From contig NZHE01000024.1 of NCBI GenBank assembly GCA_002691145.1, forward strand, positions 8,094-72,093: a DNA stretch of 64,000 bases, in the 5' to 3' direction. The notes beneath the pieces were generated by a model. It saw only the letters and a list, made by a program, of their open reading frames with translations, did no database searches and was not told where the DNA came from. Shown piece after piece: positions 8,008 through 17,800 of the stretch. Origin of the DNA: Rickettsiales bacterium (GTDB taxonomy: Bacteria > Pseudomonadota > Alphaproteobacteria > Methylaequorales > Methylaequoraceae). The position numbers were made by a program, and so were the translations under genes. Within the stretch, counting starts at the first letter, position 1, and every line of letters begins with the position of its first letter.

Positions 8008-9558
8008 ATGACACTTCATCTTAAAATGCCGTCTAAAGTAAATAATCTTTCACCTAAGATATCAGTAATTGGTGTTGGGGGAACGGGGGGTAATATTATT
8101 AATAGCATGATAGAATCTAAAATTGAAGGAGTTCACTTCTTAAATGTCAATACTGACAGTCAAGCTTTAAAACACTCATTGGCTGAAAATACTTTGCAAC
8201 TAGGTCCTAATTGTACTCAAGGTTTGGGAGCCGGTGCAAATCCAGAAATTGGAAAAGAATCCGCAGAGGAAGTTACAGATGAAATACAGGAATATATGGA
8301 AAATTCAAATATGGTATTTATTACTGCAGGTATGGGAGGAGGTACAGGAACAGGAGCCTCTCCAGTAATTGCAAGGATAGCCAGAGATCTTGGTATTTTG
8401 ATTGTAGGGGTTGTTACCAAACCATTTGAAATGGAGGGGAAAAGAAGAATGACTCAAGCAAATGAAGGAATCAAAGAACTTCAGAAATATGTTGATAATT
8501 TAATTGTAATTCCAAATCAAAATATTTACCACTTTGCGAAGCCTGATACAACGATCTCAGAAGCTCTTCAACTTGCTGATAATGTTTTAATTAATGGAGT
8601 AAAAAGTATTATTGATTTAATGGTCAAACCAGGAATTATGAATCATGATTTTGCCGATGTAAAAGCAGTTATGAGTGAAACTGGAAAAGTTCATATGGGA
8701 ACTGGAATTTCCAATGAGCAGGATAGAGCTATTAAAGCAACAGAGGAGGCGATTTGCAACCCTCTACTAGAAAACAACTCTATGTCTGGGGCAAGAGGAA
8801 TATTAATAAATATAACTGGTGGCAAAGATATAACACTGCATGAAGTTGATCAAGCTGTTAACAGGATCAAAGAAGAATCGAACGAAAATGCAAATTTAAT
8901 TTGGGGATTGACAGAGGATGAAGAACTTAATGGAAAATTTAAAATATCTGTAATATCGACTGGAATTGATTCTGAGTCATATATTGAGAATCAAATTGAA
9001 AATGTAAATGTTTCTGAATTAAATAGTGAATATGTACAGGAAAATATCGTAGAACATTCTGAACCTAATAATTTTATTGATGAGAAATCTGAAGTGAAAT
9101 TTAATGAAAGTAGCGTTGAAGAAAAATCATCTTTAAATTCAGGAAGTAGTTTTATTGTAAATTTGAATAATAATTTAGAAGAAAAAAACGATAATTCAAT
9201 TCAGGAACTTGAAGAAAAAGCAAGAAAGTTTAAAGTTTCTGAAAAAAATGAAAATAAAAGCTCAATTTTTTCAAAGATTTTTGGGGGGAACTCAAAAATT
9301 AATAAAAATGAAATTGAAGAGTTGAAAGATAAAGAAGAGAATAACCTTGATGTGATGAAACAAACAGAAAAGACTTTAGAATTTGACGATAAATATAATT
9401 CTCCAGGATTAAATAAAGATGAAGACTATTTAAATAGTAACTCTAAAAATGAGAATACAAATAAAACTGATTCTTTAAATTCAAAAGAGCAACAAGGTTT
9501 AGAATTTGAAGAAGACTTATTACAAATTCCTGCATTTTTGAGAAGACAAGCTAATTAA
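8008..9558 (+). CDS. ftsZ: cell division GTPase FtsZ with long low-complexity linker
   Basis: 'VIGVGGTGGNIINSMI' and the tubulin signature 'TAGMGGGTGTGASPVIARIARDLGILIVGVVTKPFEMEG'. A roughly 200-aa N/E/K/S-rich linker follows. The conserved C-terminal peptide 'DLLQIPAFLRRQAN' is present. Confidence 0.9.
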   Translation: MTLHLKMPSKVNNLSPKISVIGVGGTGGNIINSMIESKIEGVHFLNVNTDSQALKHSLAENTLQLGPNCTQGLGAGANPEIGKESAEEVTDEIQEYMENSNMVFITAGMGGGTGTGASPVIARIARDLGILIVGVVTKPFEMEGKRRMTQANEGIKELQKYVDNLIVIPNQNIYHFAKPDTTISEALQLADNVLINGVKSIIDLMVKPGIMNHDFADVKAVMSETGKVHMGTGISNEQDRAIKATEEAICNPLLENNSMSGARGILINITGGKDITLHEVDQAVNRIKEESNENANLIWGLTEDEELNGKFKISVISTGIDSESYIENQIENVNVSELNSEYVQENIVEHSEPNNFIDEKSEVKFNESSVEEKSSLNSGSSFIVNLNNNLEEKNDNSIQELEEKARKFKVSEKNENKSSIFSKIFGGNSKINKNEIEELKDKEENNLDVMKQTEKTLEFDDKYNSPGLNKDEDYLNSNSKNENTNKTDSLNSKEQQGLEFEEDLLQIPAFLRRQAN

Positions 9559-9567
9559 ATAACTTAA

Positions 9568-10518
9568 GTGTCTAAATTGAAAATGAATCTTAAACAACAT
9601 TATCCAGTTATGTGTAATGAAGTTTTAAAAAATTTAAACATTAATAGTCGAGGAATCTATTTGGACGCAACTTTCGGTCAGGGTGGTTACTGTAAAGCAA
9701 TTCTGGAAAAGTATAAATGTAAAATTATTGCAATTGATAGGGATAAAAATGCATCGCTATATGCCGAAAAAATTAAAGAAGAATTTCCAGAGAATTTCTT
9801 CTTTAATAATGAAAAATTTAGTGATTTAGATAAAGTCTTACTGAAAAATAATATAAAAAAAATTGATGGAATTATGTTTGATCTCGGAGTTTCTAGCACT
9901 CAAATTGATACTCCTGAGAGGGGCTTCTCATTTAAAAATGATGGACCTCTTGATATGAGAATGGATCAAACAGATAATCTTAATGCTGAGTTTATTATAA
10001 ATAATTTATCTGAAGAAAAATTATCAGATATTTTTTTCAGATTTGGAGAAGAGAGAAATTCTCGTAGAATTGGAAGAGAAATAATTAAAAGAAGAAAAAT
10101 AAAAAAGATATCATCAACAGGACAATTATCTGAGTTAATAAATAAAATAAATTTAAAAACAAAGAGAACGAAAATTGATCCATCTACAAGGGTATTTCAA
10201 GCATTACGGATTTATATTAATAAGGAAATAGAAGAGCTTGAAAAAGCACTTTTGAAATGTCTCAGTGAGTTAAGACAAAATGGAAGAATTGCAGTTGTTT
10301 CCTTTCATTCGATAGAAGATAGAGTGGTTAAAAAATTTTTTAGAAAATATAGTGGTTATAGAGTAGGAAATTATAAACATCTGCCTGAAAACATATCTGA
10401 AAACAAAGAACCAAAATTAAAAATAATTACAAAAAAAGCTATTCTTCCGTCGAATAAAGAAATTATAAGAAATCCAAGATCTCGGTCTGCTAAATTAAGA
10501 ATTGCTGAATTGATATGA
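9568..10518 (+). CDS. rsmH: 16S rRNA (cytosine1402-N4)-methyltransferase RsmH (MraW)
   Basis: 'YLDATFGQGGY', 'FDLGVSSTQID' and 'FHSIEDRVVKKFF' motifs. GTG at 9568; an alternative ATG lies at 9583. Confidence 0.85.
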   Translation: MSKLKMNLKQHYPVMCNEVLKNLNINSRGIYLDATFGQGGYCKAILEKYKCKIIAIDRDKNASLYAEKIKEEFPENFFFNNEKFSDLDKVLLKNNIKKIDGIMFDLGVSSTQIDTPERGFSFKNDGPLDMRMDQTDNLNAEFIINNLSEEKLSDIFFRFGEERNSRRIGREIIKRRKIKKISSTGQLSELINKINLKTKRTKIDPSTRVFQALRIYINKEIEELEKALLKCLSELRQNGRIAVVSFHSIEDRVVKKFFRKYSGYRVGNYKHLPENISENKEPKLKIITKKAILPSNKEIIRNPRSRSAKLRIAELI

Positions 10519-10772
10519 AAATTTCTTATATTACTTTCATTTTTTTCTTTCTAATTACTATAAAAACCATCTTTCATTTTCAATTAGTAAATACCAATAA
10601 AAAGATCATCAAACTTGAGGAAATAAAAGCAAAAAAAATTGAAGAACTTGAATTGTTCAATATCAACTGGACTTTTATTAAGAGACCAGAAAATTTAAAT
10701 AAAATTAATGAACAAAATTTCAATTTTAAACCAATTGTTATTGAGGATGAATTAAAGTTAAAAGACTTTTAA
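10515..10772 (+). CDS. ftsL: cell division protein FtsL (small bitopic membrane/coiled-coil protein)
   Basis: 85 aa with an N-terminal TM then the coiled-coil 'KKIIKLEEIKAKKIEELE'; positioned between rsmH and ftsI; start overlaps the rsmH stop. Confidence 0.55.
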   Translation: MKISYITFIFFFLITIKTIFHFQLVNTNKKIIKLEEIKAKKIEELELFNINWTFIKRPENLNKINEQNFNFKPIVIEDELKLKDF

Positions 10773-10776
10773 GATT

Positions 10777-12456
10777 ATGAATACAAAAGACAAATATAAT
10801 TTTGAAAACATTAGACCGTCATCAGTCTTTACTAAAATAAATTTTAAAGTTAAAATTGCTAACGATTTCAATATAATTAAAGCATCGAGACTGAATAGGA
10901 CTTTGAGTCTTGGCAAACCTCGTTTAGTTATGCTTTCTGTCGGTATATATATTTTTTTTTTATTTTTATCCTTTAATATTTTTAACATATCGGTTAACCA
11001 AAAAAAAATCAATTACGTTAATAACTCTAAGTCAGAAATTATTAATAGAGGTAAAATATTGGATAGGAATAAAAATATTATTTCAGCAACCATTCCAACT
11101 TTTGATCTATATTTAGACACTAAAAAAATAATAAATATTGATAATGCAAGAAAAGAAATAATAAAAATTTATCCAGAAAAAGAAAAATTTTTAGAAAATA
11201 TTTTTAAAAAAAAAAAATACATACTTATCGATAAACATTTATCCAATGAGCAACGTATTAAAATTAATGAAATTGGTGAACCTGGATTCATCTTTCATTC
11301 TTCCGAAAAAAGAGTTTATCCCCAAAAAAATCTATTCGCTCACACTACTGGCTTTTTATCAAAATTTGGTAAATCTCAAAGTAAATTAGAAAAAAGTTAT
11401 GACAAATATTTAAAATCTGGGAAAGATCTAAATCTTACTTTGGATTTAAGAATACAAAATGTTGTGTATGAGGAAATTAAAAAAGGTAAAGAGATCTTTA
11501 ATGCGAGCTCAGCTGTAGGTCTGGTACTAAATGTCAATAATGGAGAGATAATTTCCATGGTTTCCCTACCAGATTATGATCCTAACTACCCTTCTAAAAT
11601 AAAGCCATTTACTGAAAATAATCTTATAACGAATGCGAGATATGAAATGGGGTCGACACTTAAAATGTTTAACGCAGCTATGGCTTTTGAGCATAATCTT
11701 GTTGATGTTGAGAAGTTATACGAGATTCCAAACAAATATCAACTTACAAAAAATTATATTGTAAAGGATGAGTCAAACTTTATAAACCCAATTACCTTTG
11801 AAGAAATTTATACAAATTCATCGAATGTTGGAAACATAATAGTATTAGAACAAATAGGAATAAATAAACAAAAAACATTTTTCAAAAAACTAGGCTTTGA
11901 AGATAAATTAGATTTAAAAGGAATAAATGTAATTAATAATAATTTTCCCCAAAAAGAAAATTGGAATGATATTTTATCAAAAAGTATAAGTATTGGTTAT
12001 GGAATTTCAATTTCGCCACTAAGTCTTGCCAGATCATTTGCGTCACTAGTGAACGGTGGGAAAAAAATAAATGTCAAAATTATAAAAAGTGATAAAAACA
12101 AAACAATAAGAGTTATTTCAGAGGACACATCAAGTAAAATTAATAATATTTTAAAAAAAATCATTGAAACAGGAACTGGTAAAAGAGCTATGGTATCCAA
12201 AATTGAGGTGGGGGGGAAAACTGGAACAGCTAAAAAATCAAAGAATAAGATGGGATATCATGACAATAAATATATAACCTCCTTTATTGGAACCTTTCCA
12301 ATAGAAAAACCAAAATTTTTAGTTTTTGTTTTATTTGATGAACCTAAAGACTTAAGCAACAAAAATAGAAAATTCACAGGGGGCACAACAGCAGCTCCAG
12401 TTTTTTCTAAAATAGTAGAGAGAATATTTCCAATTCTAAAACAAATAAACTTTTAA
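10777..12456 (+). CDS. ftsI: peptidoglycan D,D-transpeptidase FtsI (PBP3)
   Basis: N-terminal TM, then 'GSTLK' (SxxK), 'SSN' and 'KTGTA' (KTG) penicillin-binding motifs. Confidence 0.85.
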   Translation: MNTKDKYNFENIRPSSVFTKINFKVKIANDFNIIKASRLNRTLSLGKPRLVMLSVGIYIFFLFLSFNIFNISVNQKKINYVNNSKSEIINRGKILDRNKNIISATIPTFDLYLDTKKIINIDNARKEIIKIYPEKEKFLENIFKKKKYILIDKHLSNEQRIKINEIGEPGFIFHSSEKRVYPQKNLFAHTTGFLSKFGKSQSKLEKSYDKYLKSGKDLNLTLDLRIQNVVYEEIKKGKEIFNASSAVGLVLNVNNGEIISMVSLPDYDPNYPSKIKPFTENNLITNARYEMGSTLKMFNAAMAFEHNLVDVEKLYEIPNKYQLTKNYIVKDESNFINPITFEEIYTNSSNVGNIIVLEQIGINKQKTFFKKLGFEDKLDLKGINVINNNFPQKENWNDILSKSISIGYGISISPLSLARSFASLVNGGKKINVKIIKSDKNKTIRVISEDTSSKINNILKKIIETGTGKRAMVSKIEVGGKTGTAKKSKNKMGYHDNKYITSFIGTFPIEKPKFLVFVLFDEPKDLSNKNRKFTGGTTAAPVFSKIVERIFPILKQINF

Positions 12457-12463
12457 AATTCAA

Positions 12464-13942
12464 ATGAAGTTAAATAAAATTTTAGAAAACTGTTCAACAA
12501 AATATTTTTTGAAAAAAAATCATTTTAATCCAGAGATTTATGGTATTGCAGTCCACTCATCAAAAGTAAAAAAAAAATTTCTTTTTGGGGCAATAAAGGG
12601 AAATAAGTTTAATGGAGAGAATTATATTCAAACACTAATACAAAAAAATAAAAATTTCTTTATTGTTCACAATAGTTTTGACACCACAAAATTTGACTTA
12701 AAAAAAAATATTTTTATTAAAACCAATAATGTTAGACTATTGGTAAGTGAGGTTGCATCAGTGCTCTTTCCTAATAATATAAAAGAAAAAATAGCTGTAA
12801 CGGGAACAAATGGTAAAACTAGTATTGCTAATTACAGTCTTCAATTGAATAGAATCGTAGGTGAAAGAATGGCAAGTATCGGAACCCTAGGAACAATATT
12901 CAATGATGAGAAGATAGAAAATACGGAACAACTCACAACCCCTCAATCTATTGAATTTCATAAATCATTAAAAAATCTGAGTATAAAAGGGTGTAAGAAA
13001 TTAATTGTAGAAGCTTCAAGCATAGGATTAGATCAAAATAGGTTATATCCAATAAAATTTAATAAGGTGGCATTTACTAATTTGAGTCATGATCATCTAG
13101 ATTATCATAAATCGTTAACAAAATATAAAATTGCTAAAACTAAATTATTTTCTGAACACACTACAAGTAGTTCAATAGCGATTGTTAATGCTGATGATAA
13201 ATATACAAAATATTTTTTAACAATATGTAAAAAAAGAAAAATTAAAGTCTTAGACTATGGCTTCAAGGGCAAATTTATTAAATTTAAGTCTATAAAAGAC
13301 CAAAAAAATGGATTTTTAATTAATTTTACCTTCAATCAGAAAGATTTTGAGTTATATCTCAATTGCTCGAGCTCTTTTGAAATTTTTAATTTATTTGCAT
13401 CTTTAATTATAACCTTTGAAGAAAAATTAAATAGTGACAAATTTAATTTACTGAATGAATTAAAAAATACAGACGGTAGATTAGAAAAAATATACGACGA
13501 AACTTTTAGCGTTTTTATAGATTATGCACATACCCCCGATGCAGTTCAAAATGTCTTATCTTGTTTGTCAAAAAAAAAATCAAATAGAATTATTTCGATA
13601 ATTGGTTGTGGTGGAAACAGAGACAAAAAGAAAAGGAATATCATGACAAAAAAAGCTCTCAAATATTCTGATTTAGTAATTCTAGCAGATGATAATCCGC
13701 GATACGAGAGACCAGAGACGATTAGAAAAGAAATGATGCAAAATTTAAATAAAAGTGAACTTTTGAGAATAAGTAATATTGGAGATAGAAAAAAAGCAAT
13801 AAAGTATGGTCTACAATTAGTAAAAAAAAAAGACATACTCATCATTTTTGGAAAAGGACACGAAAAATTTCAAATAATAAATGGGAAAAAAAAAATATTT
13901 AGTGATCATGATGTTGTTAAAAATTTTTTAAAGATTAGATGA
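12464..13942 (+). CDS. murE: UDP-N-acetylmuramoyl-L-alanyl-D-glutamate--2,6-diaminopimelate ligase
   Basis: 'VTGTNGKTS' P-loop and the 'DNPR' motif ('LADDNPRYE') diagnostic of meso-DAP-adding MurE. Confidence 0.85.
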   Translation: MKLNKILENCSTKYFLKKNHFNPEIYGIAVHSSKVKKKFLFGAIKGNKFNGENYIQTLIQKNKNFFIVHNSFDTTKFDLKKNIFIKTNNVRLLVSEVASVLFPNNIKEKIAVTGTNGKTSIANYSLQLNRIVGERMASIGTLGTIFNDEKIENTEQLTTPQSIEFHKSLKNLSIKGCKKLIVEASSIGLDQNRLYPIKFNKVAFTNLSHDHLDYHKSLTKYKIAKTKLFSEHTTSSSIAIVNADDKYTKYFLTICKKRKIKVLDYGFKGKFIKFKSIKDQKNGFLINFTFNQKDFELYLNCSSSFEIFNLFASLIITFEEKLNSDKFNLLNELKNTDGRLEKIYDETFSVFIDYAHTPDAVQNVLSCLSKKKSNRIISIIGCGGNRDKKKRNIMTKKALKYSDLVILADDNPRYERPETIRKEMMQNLNKSELLRISNIGDRKKAIKYGLQLVKKKDILIIFGKGHEKFQIINGKKKIFSDHDVVKNFLKIR

Positions 13943-15321
13943 ATATTTGGAATTCAAAAAGTTTAGCAAATGTGTTGAAATCTGAAGTTTTAAAAAATCA
14001 GGTTATAAGTACAATTAGCATTAATTCAAAAAAAATAGGAGAAAACTGTTTATTTATCCCTATTAAAGGAGAAAGATTTAATGGACATGATTTTATAGGA
14101 GAGGCCTTCAGAAATGGCGCTAGTCTCTCCTTAGTAGAGGAAAAATTTATTTCAAGATTAGAATTATCTAGTGAACTTAAAAAAAAACTATTAATAGTTG
14201 ATAACACCCTCTATTCCATGAAAATTCTTGCAAAAGAGGCAAGGGAAAGAGCAAATAAACTCAAAATGATTGGAATTACAGGTAGTAGTGGTAAAACAAC
14301 TTTAAAAAACTGGACATCTGAAATATTAAAACAATATTTTCTTACTCATAAAACAATAGGCAACTATAATAATCAAATTGGTCTCACACTTAGTTTATCA
14401 ATGATGCCAAAAAACACAGAAATTGGTGTTTTCGAATTAGGGATGAACCAAAAAGATGAAATTAATGAATTAACAAAAATAATCAAACCAAATATTTCTA
14501 TTATAACAAATGTGGCACCAGCACACATTGAAAACTTTAATTCAGAGATAGAAATTGCCGAAGAAAAGTCATGTATTTTTTCAGGGCATAAAAAAGGCAT
14601 AGCTATTATTCCAAGTGAATCAAAATATTTTGAAATGTTAAAAATAAAAGCTGAAAAAAATTTTCATAAAGTTTATACTTTTGGAATTGGAAAAAATAGT
14701 GATTTTCAATTTCTAGGTTTGAAAAAAGAAAAATCAACTATCAGATTTAAGATTCTTGGAGAGAACTTTACTGTTAAAAACTTATATTTAGCAAACCATT
14801 TTTATTTAAATATTTCTATTATTATTGGGATAGCAAAACTTTTAAAGATTAATTTAAATAATTTAAAAAAACAATTGCAGAATCTTTCGCCTGTGCAGGG
14901 CAGAGGAAGCATACACTTTGTAAATTATAAAAAAAAAAAATTTACTTTAATTGACGATTCGTATAATTCCAATCCCCTCTCTTTAGAAGTTTCAATAAAA
15001 AATTTAAAAACATTTTATAATTATAATAGAAAAATATGTGTAATTGGTGATATGTTAGAACTTGGTAAACAATCTACAAAATTTCATTTAGATGTTATTA
15101 AAATTCTTTACAGTGAAAAAATTGATATTGTTTATACGATTGGTAAATTTTCAAAAGTAATCTTTAGCAACATGCAAAAAAAAATAATCTGTGAACATTT
15201 TAATAATTTAAAAAGTTTAGAGAATGCGATTTTTTCTGTGATTCAAACTAATGATGTAATTCTTTTTAAAGGCTCTAACTCAATTGGATTGAGCAAAATT
15301 TGTAAAAAATTAATGGATTAA
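13939..15321 (+). CDS. murF: UDP-N-acetylmuramoyl-tripeptide--D-alanyl-D-alanine ligase
   Basis: 'IGITGSSGKTTLKN' Mur-ligase P-loop; position after murE; start overlaps the murE stop. Confidence 0.8.
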   Translation: MNIWNSKSLANVLKSEVLKNQVISTISINSKKIGENCLFIPIKGERFNGHDFIGEAFRNGASLSLVEEKFISRLELSSELKKKLLIVDNTLYSMKILAKEARERANKLKMIGITGSSGKTTLKNWTSEILKQYFLTHKTIGNYNNQIGLTLSLSMMPKNTEIGVFELGMNQKDEINELTKIIKPNISIITNVAPAHIENFNSEIEIAEEKSCIFSGHKKGIAIIPSESKYFEMLKIKAEKNFHKVYTFGIGKNSDFQFLGLKKEKSTIRFKILGENFTVKNLYLANHFYLNISIIIGIAKLLKINLNNLKKQLQNLSPVQGRGSIHFVNYKKKKFTLIDDSYNSNPLSLEVSIKNLKTFYNYNRKICVIGDMLELGKQSTKFHLDVIKILYSEKIDIVYTIGKFSKVIFSNMQKKIICEHFNNLKSLENAIFSVIQTNDVILFKGSNSIGLSKICKKLMD

Positions 15322-15325
15322 CTAA

Positions 15326-16414
15326 ATGTTTTATTATTTCTTATTACCTTTAGTTGAACATTTTAATTTTTTAAATTTATTTAAATATATTTCATTCAGA
15401 GCGGGTGGTGCTTTATTTACGTCTTTGACAATAAGCTTTCTAATTGGTCCTTTTTTGATTAAAACTTTAAAGAATATTCAGAAAAATGGTCAACCCATAA
15501 GAAAGGATGGACCAGAGTCTCATATAATAAAAAAGGCTGGTACACCTACAATGGGGGGAACTTTGATTTTATTTTCTTTATTCATATCAGTAATTTTATG
15601 GGGAAATCTTCAGAATATTATTGTTTGGTTAGTTATATTTGTAACTTTGGCATTTGGACTAATTGGAGCGTTCGATGATTATAAAAAGTTAAAAACAAAT
15701 TCCTCTGATGGATTTAACGGGAAGGTCAGACTAGTCTTAGAATTTTTAATTTCTATTATATTTGTTTATTATTTTAATCAATTTTCACCTGATTCTTTAA
15801 AAAATCTTATTAGTATTCCATACACCAAAAATATTACTGTGGATTTGAATTATCTTTACATACCATTTTGTTCTTTCGTAATTGTAGGCACTGCTAATTC
15901 AGTAAATTTGACAGATGGACTGGATGGTTTAGCAATAGGACCAGTTATGATTACAGCTCTAGCATTTGCAATAATAGCATATTTTACTGGCAACTTTATA
16001 TTCTCAGATTATTTGAAAATTTCATTCATTCCTGGGAGTGGAGAATTAGTAATAATATGTGCTGCTCTTGTAGGTTCAGGACTTGGTTTTTTATGGTATA
16101 ATGCTCCTCCAGCAATGGTGTTTATGGGTGATACTGGATCATTAGCAGTTGGTGGAACAATTGGAGCTGTAGCAGTTGCAACAAAACATGAAATAATTCT
16201 TGCCATTGTGGGAGGTTTATTTGTTCTTGAAACAATTTCAGTGATAATGCAAGTTTTTTCATACAAACTTACTGGGAAAAGAATCTTTAAGATGGCTCCG
16301 CTTCATCATCACTTTGAGCAAAAAGGATGGTCAGAGTCAACAATTGTTATCAGATTCTGGATTATTTCTGTTGTTTTGGCCTTACTTGGTCTAGCAAGCC
16401 TGAAGTTAAGATGA
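15326..16414 (+). CDS. mraY: phospho-N-acetylmuramoyl-pentapeptide transferase
   Basis: 'NAPPAMVFMGDTGSLAVGG' and 'NLTDGLDGLA' MraY signatures; 10 TM. Confidence 0.9.
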   Translation: MFYYFLLPLVEHFNFLNLFKYISFRAGGALFTSLTISFLIGPFLIKTLKNIQKNGQPIRKDGPESHIIKKAGTPTMGGTLILFSLFISVILWGNLQNIIVWLVIFVTLAFGLIGAFDDYKKLKTNSSDGFNGKVRLVLEFLISIIFVYYFNQFSPDSLKNLISIPYTKNITVDLNYLYIPFCSFVIVGTANSVNLTDGLDGLAIGPVMITALAFAIIAYFTGNFIFSDYLKISFIPGSGELVIICAALVGSGLGFLWYNAPPAMVFMGDTGSLAVGGTIGAVAVATKHEIILAIVGGLFVLETISVIMQVFSYKLTGKRIFKMAPLHHHFEQKGWSESTIVIRFWIISVVLALLGLASLKLR

Positions 16415-17790
16415 TAAAAAAAAAATTCCAAAAAAAAACTTTCTTAATTATCGGTCTCGGTACTTCTGGCATTTCCATATACAAATTTTTAGAAAAGCAA
16501 AAAATTAAAGTTTTGTGTTGGGATGATAACGAAGAAGTAAGGAGAAAAGCTAATATTATCAGAATATTAACAACAGAAATAAAAAAAATTGATTTTTCAA
16601 GAATCGATTTTATTGTTTTAAGTCCAGGGATATCAAGTCATGTTCCAAATGAACATGAAGCTGTTAAAAAATCAAAAAAATTTAATTGTGAAATTATTTC
16701 TGATTTAGATTTTATTAATTTTTATAAAAGTAATTACACTAAGATCGGTATTACTGGAACCAATGGAAAATCAACGACCACGTCTTGCGTAACACATATA
16801 TGCAATAACTCAAATAAAAATTCAGTCGCTTGTGGTAATATTGGGAAACCATTTACAAGTTTAAAATTTGAAAAAAAAATTAAAAATTTGGTTGTAGAAG
16901 CCTCCTCTTTCCAACTTGAGAGACTAAAATACACAAGCTTTAACATTTCTGTTTTACTAAATATTTCAAAAGATCATCTTGAACGTCATAAAAGTATGAA
17001 AAACTATATAAATGCAAAATCACAAATATTTAAAAACCAAAAAAAAACTGATTTTGCAATTATCTCGATTGATAATCCACACACAAGAAAAATAGCCGAC
17101 AATTTTAATAAGAATTTCAAATCAAATTTAATTAAAGTAAGTAGTAAAAAAATTTTAATTAATGGTTTATCAATAACTAATACTGATAAAAATATCATGA
17201 TTAACAATGGTATTGAAAATCAATCATTTATAATAAAAAAAAGCAACCTCAAAAGCCTAGACGGCAATCATAATCTAGAAAATATTATTGCTACTTATGC
17301 AGTTTGTTATCTATTAAATATTTCTAATGATAACTTTCTAAAACATATAGCTTCGTTTAAAGGGTTAGCTCACAGATTTGAGCGTATAGCAAAACTTGAT
17401 AAAATTTTAATATTTAATGACAGTAAGGCAACTAATTTAGAGTCAACCAAAGTTGCGTTATCTAATCTAAAAAATATTTTTTGGATTTTAGGAGGCAGAG
17501 CAAAAACAGGAGGAATTACAGGTATTGAAAAGTACTTAAAACAGGTAAAAATGGGTTTTATTTTTGGTGAGGCAAAGGATATTTTTTCTAGACAATTAAA
17601 AAAACATATTAAACTTGAAAAGTTTCAAGATCTAAAACTTGCTTTTGAAAGGGCTTTAACCATTGCAAAAAAAAGAGACGAGGAAATAAATATTTTATTT
17701 TCTCCTGCCTGTTCGTCGTTTGATCAATTTAAAAATTTTGAAGAAAGAGGAGATTATTTTAAACTAATTGTAAAAAATAACCTTAGATAG
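16411..17790 (+). CDS. murD: UDP-N-acetylmuramoylalanine--D-glutamate ligase
   Basis: ATG at 16411 overlaps the mraY TGA (ATGA). 'IGITGTNGKSTTTS' P-loop and the 'LGG..K' C-terminal domain. The ORF track's 16327 start overlaps mraY and is unlikely. Confidence 0.85.
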   Translation: MIKKKFQKKTFLIIGLGTSGISIYKFLEKQKIKVLCWDDNEEVRRKANIIRILTTEIKKIDFSRIDFIVLSPGISSHVPNEHEAVKKSKKFNCEIISDLDFINFYKSNYTKIGITGTNGKSTTTSCVTHICNNSNKNSVACGNIGKPFTSLKFEKKIKNLVVEASSFQLERLKYTSFNISVLLNISKDHLERHKSMKNYINAKSQIFKNQKKTDFAIISIDNPHTRKIADNFNKNFKSNLIKVSSKKILINGLSITNTDKNIMINNGIENQSFIIKKSNLKSLDGNHNLENIIATYAVCYLLNISNDNFLKHIASFKGLAHRFERIAKLDKILIFNDSKATNLESTKVALSNLKNIFWILGGRAKTGGITGIEKYLKQVKMGFIFGEAKDIFSRQLKKHIKLEKFQDLKLAFERALTIAKKRDEEINILFSPACSSFDQFKNFEERGDYFKLIVKNNLR

Positions 17791-17800
17791 ATTATTTAGT

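Noticed and set aside
8217-8420. Antisense ORFs nested in ftsZ, mraY (16009..16266), carB (44614..45231, 47014..47292), uvrB (51592..53038), metH (32289..32528) and others in the track
   Set aside because: All lie opposite strongly supported conserved genes and show no motifs. They are expected by chance in long ORF-rich regions.
16327-16410. ORF-track start of murD at 16327 (overlapping mraY by 88 nt)
   Set aside because: Simply the longest-ORF extension. The ATG at 16411 overlapping the mraY stop (ATGA) gives the conserved MurD N-terminus 'MIKKKFQKKTFLIIGLGTSG'.
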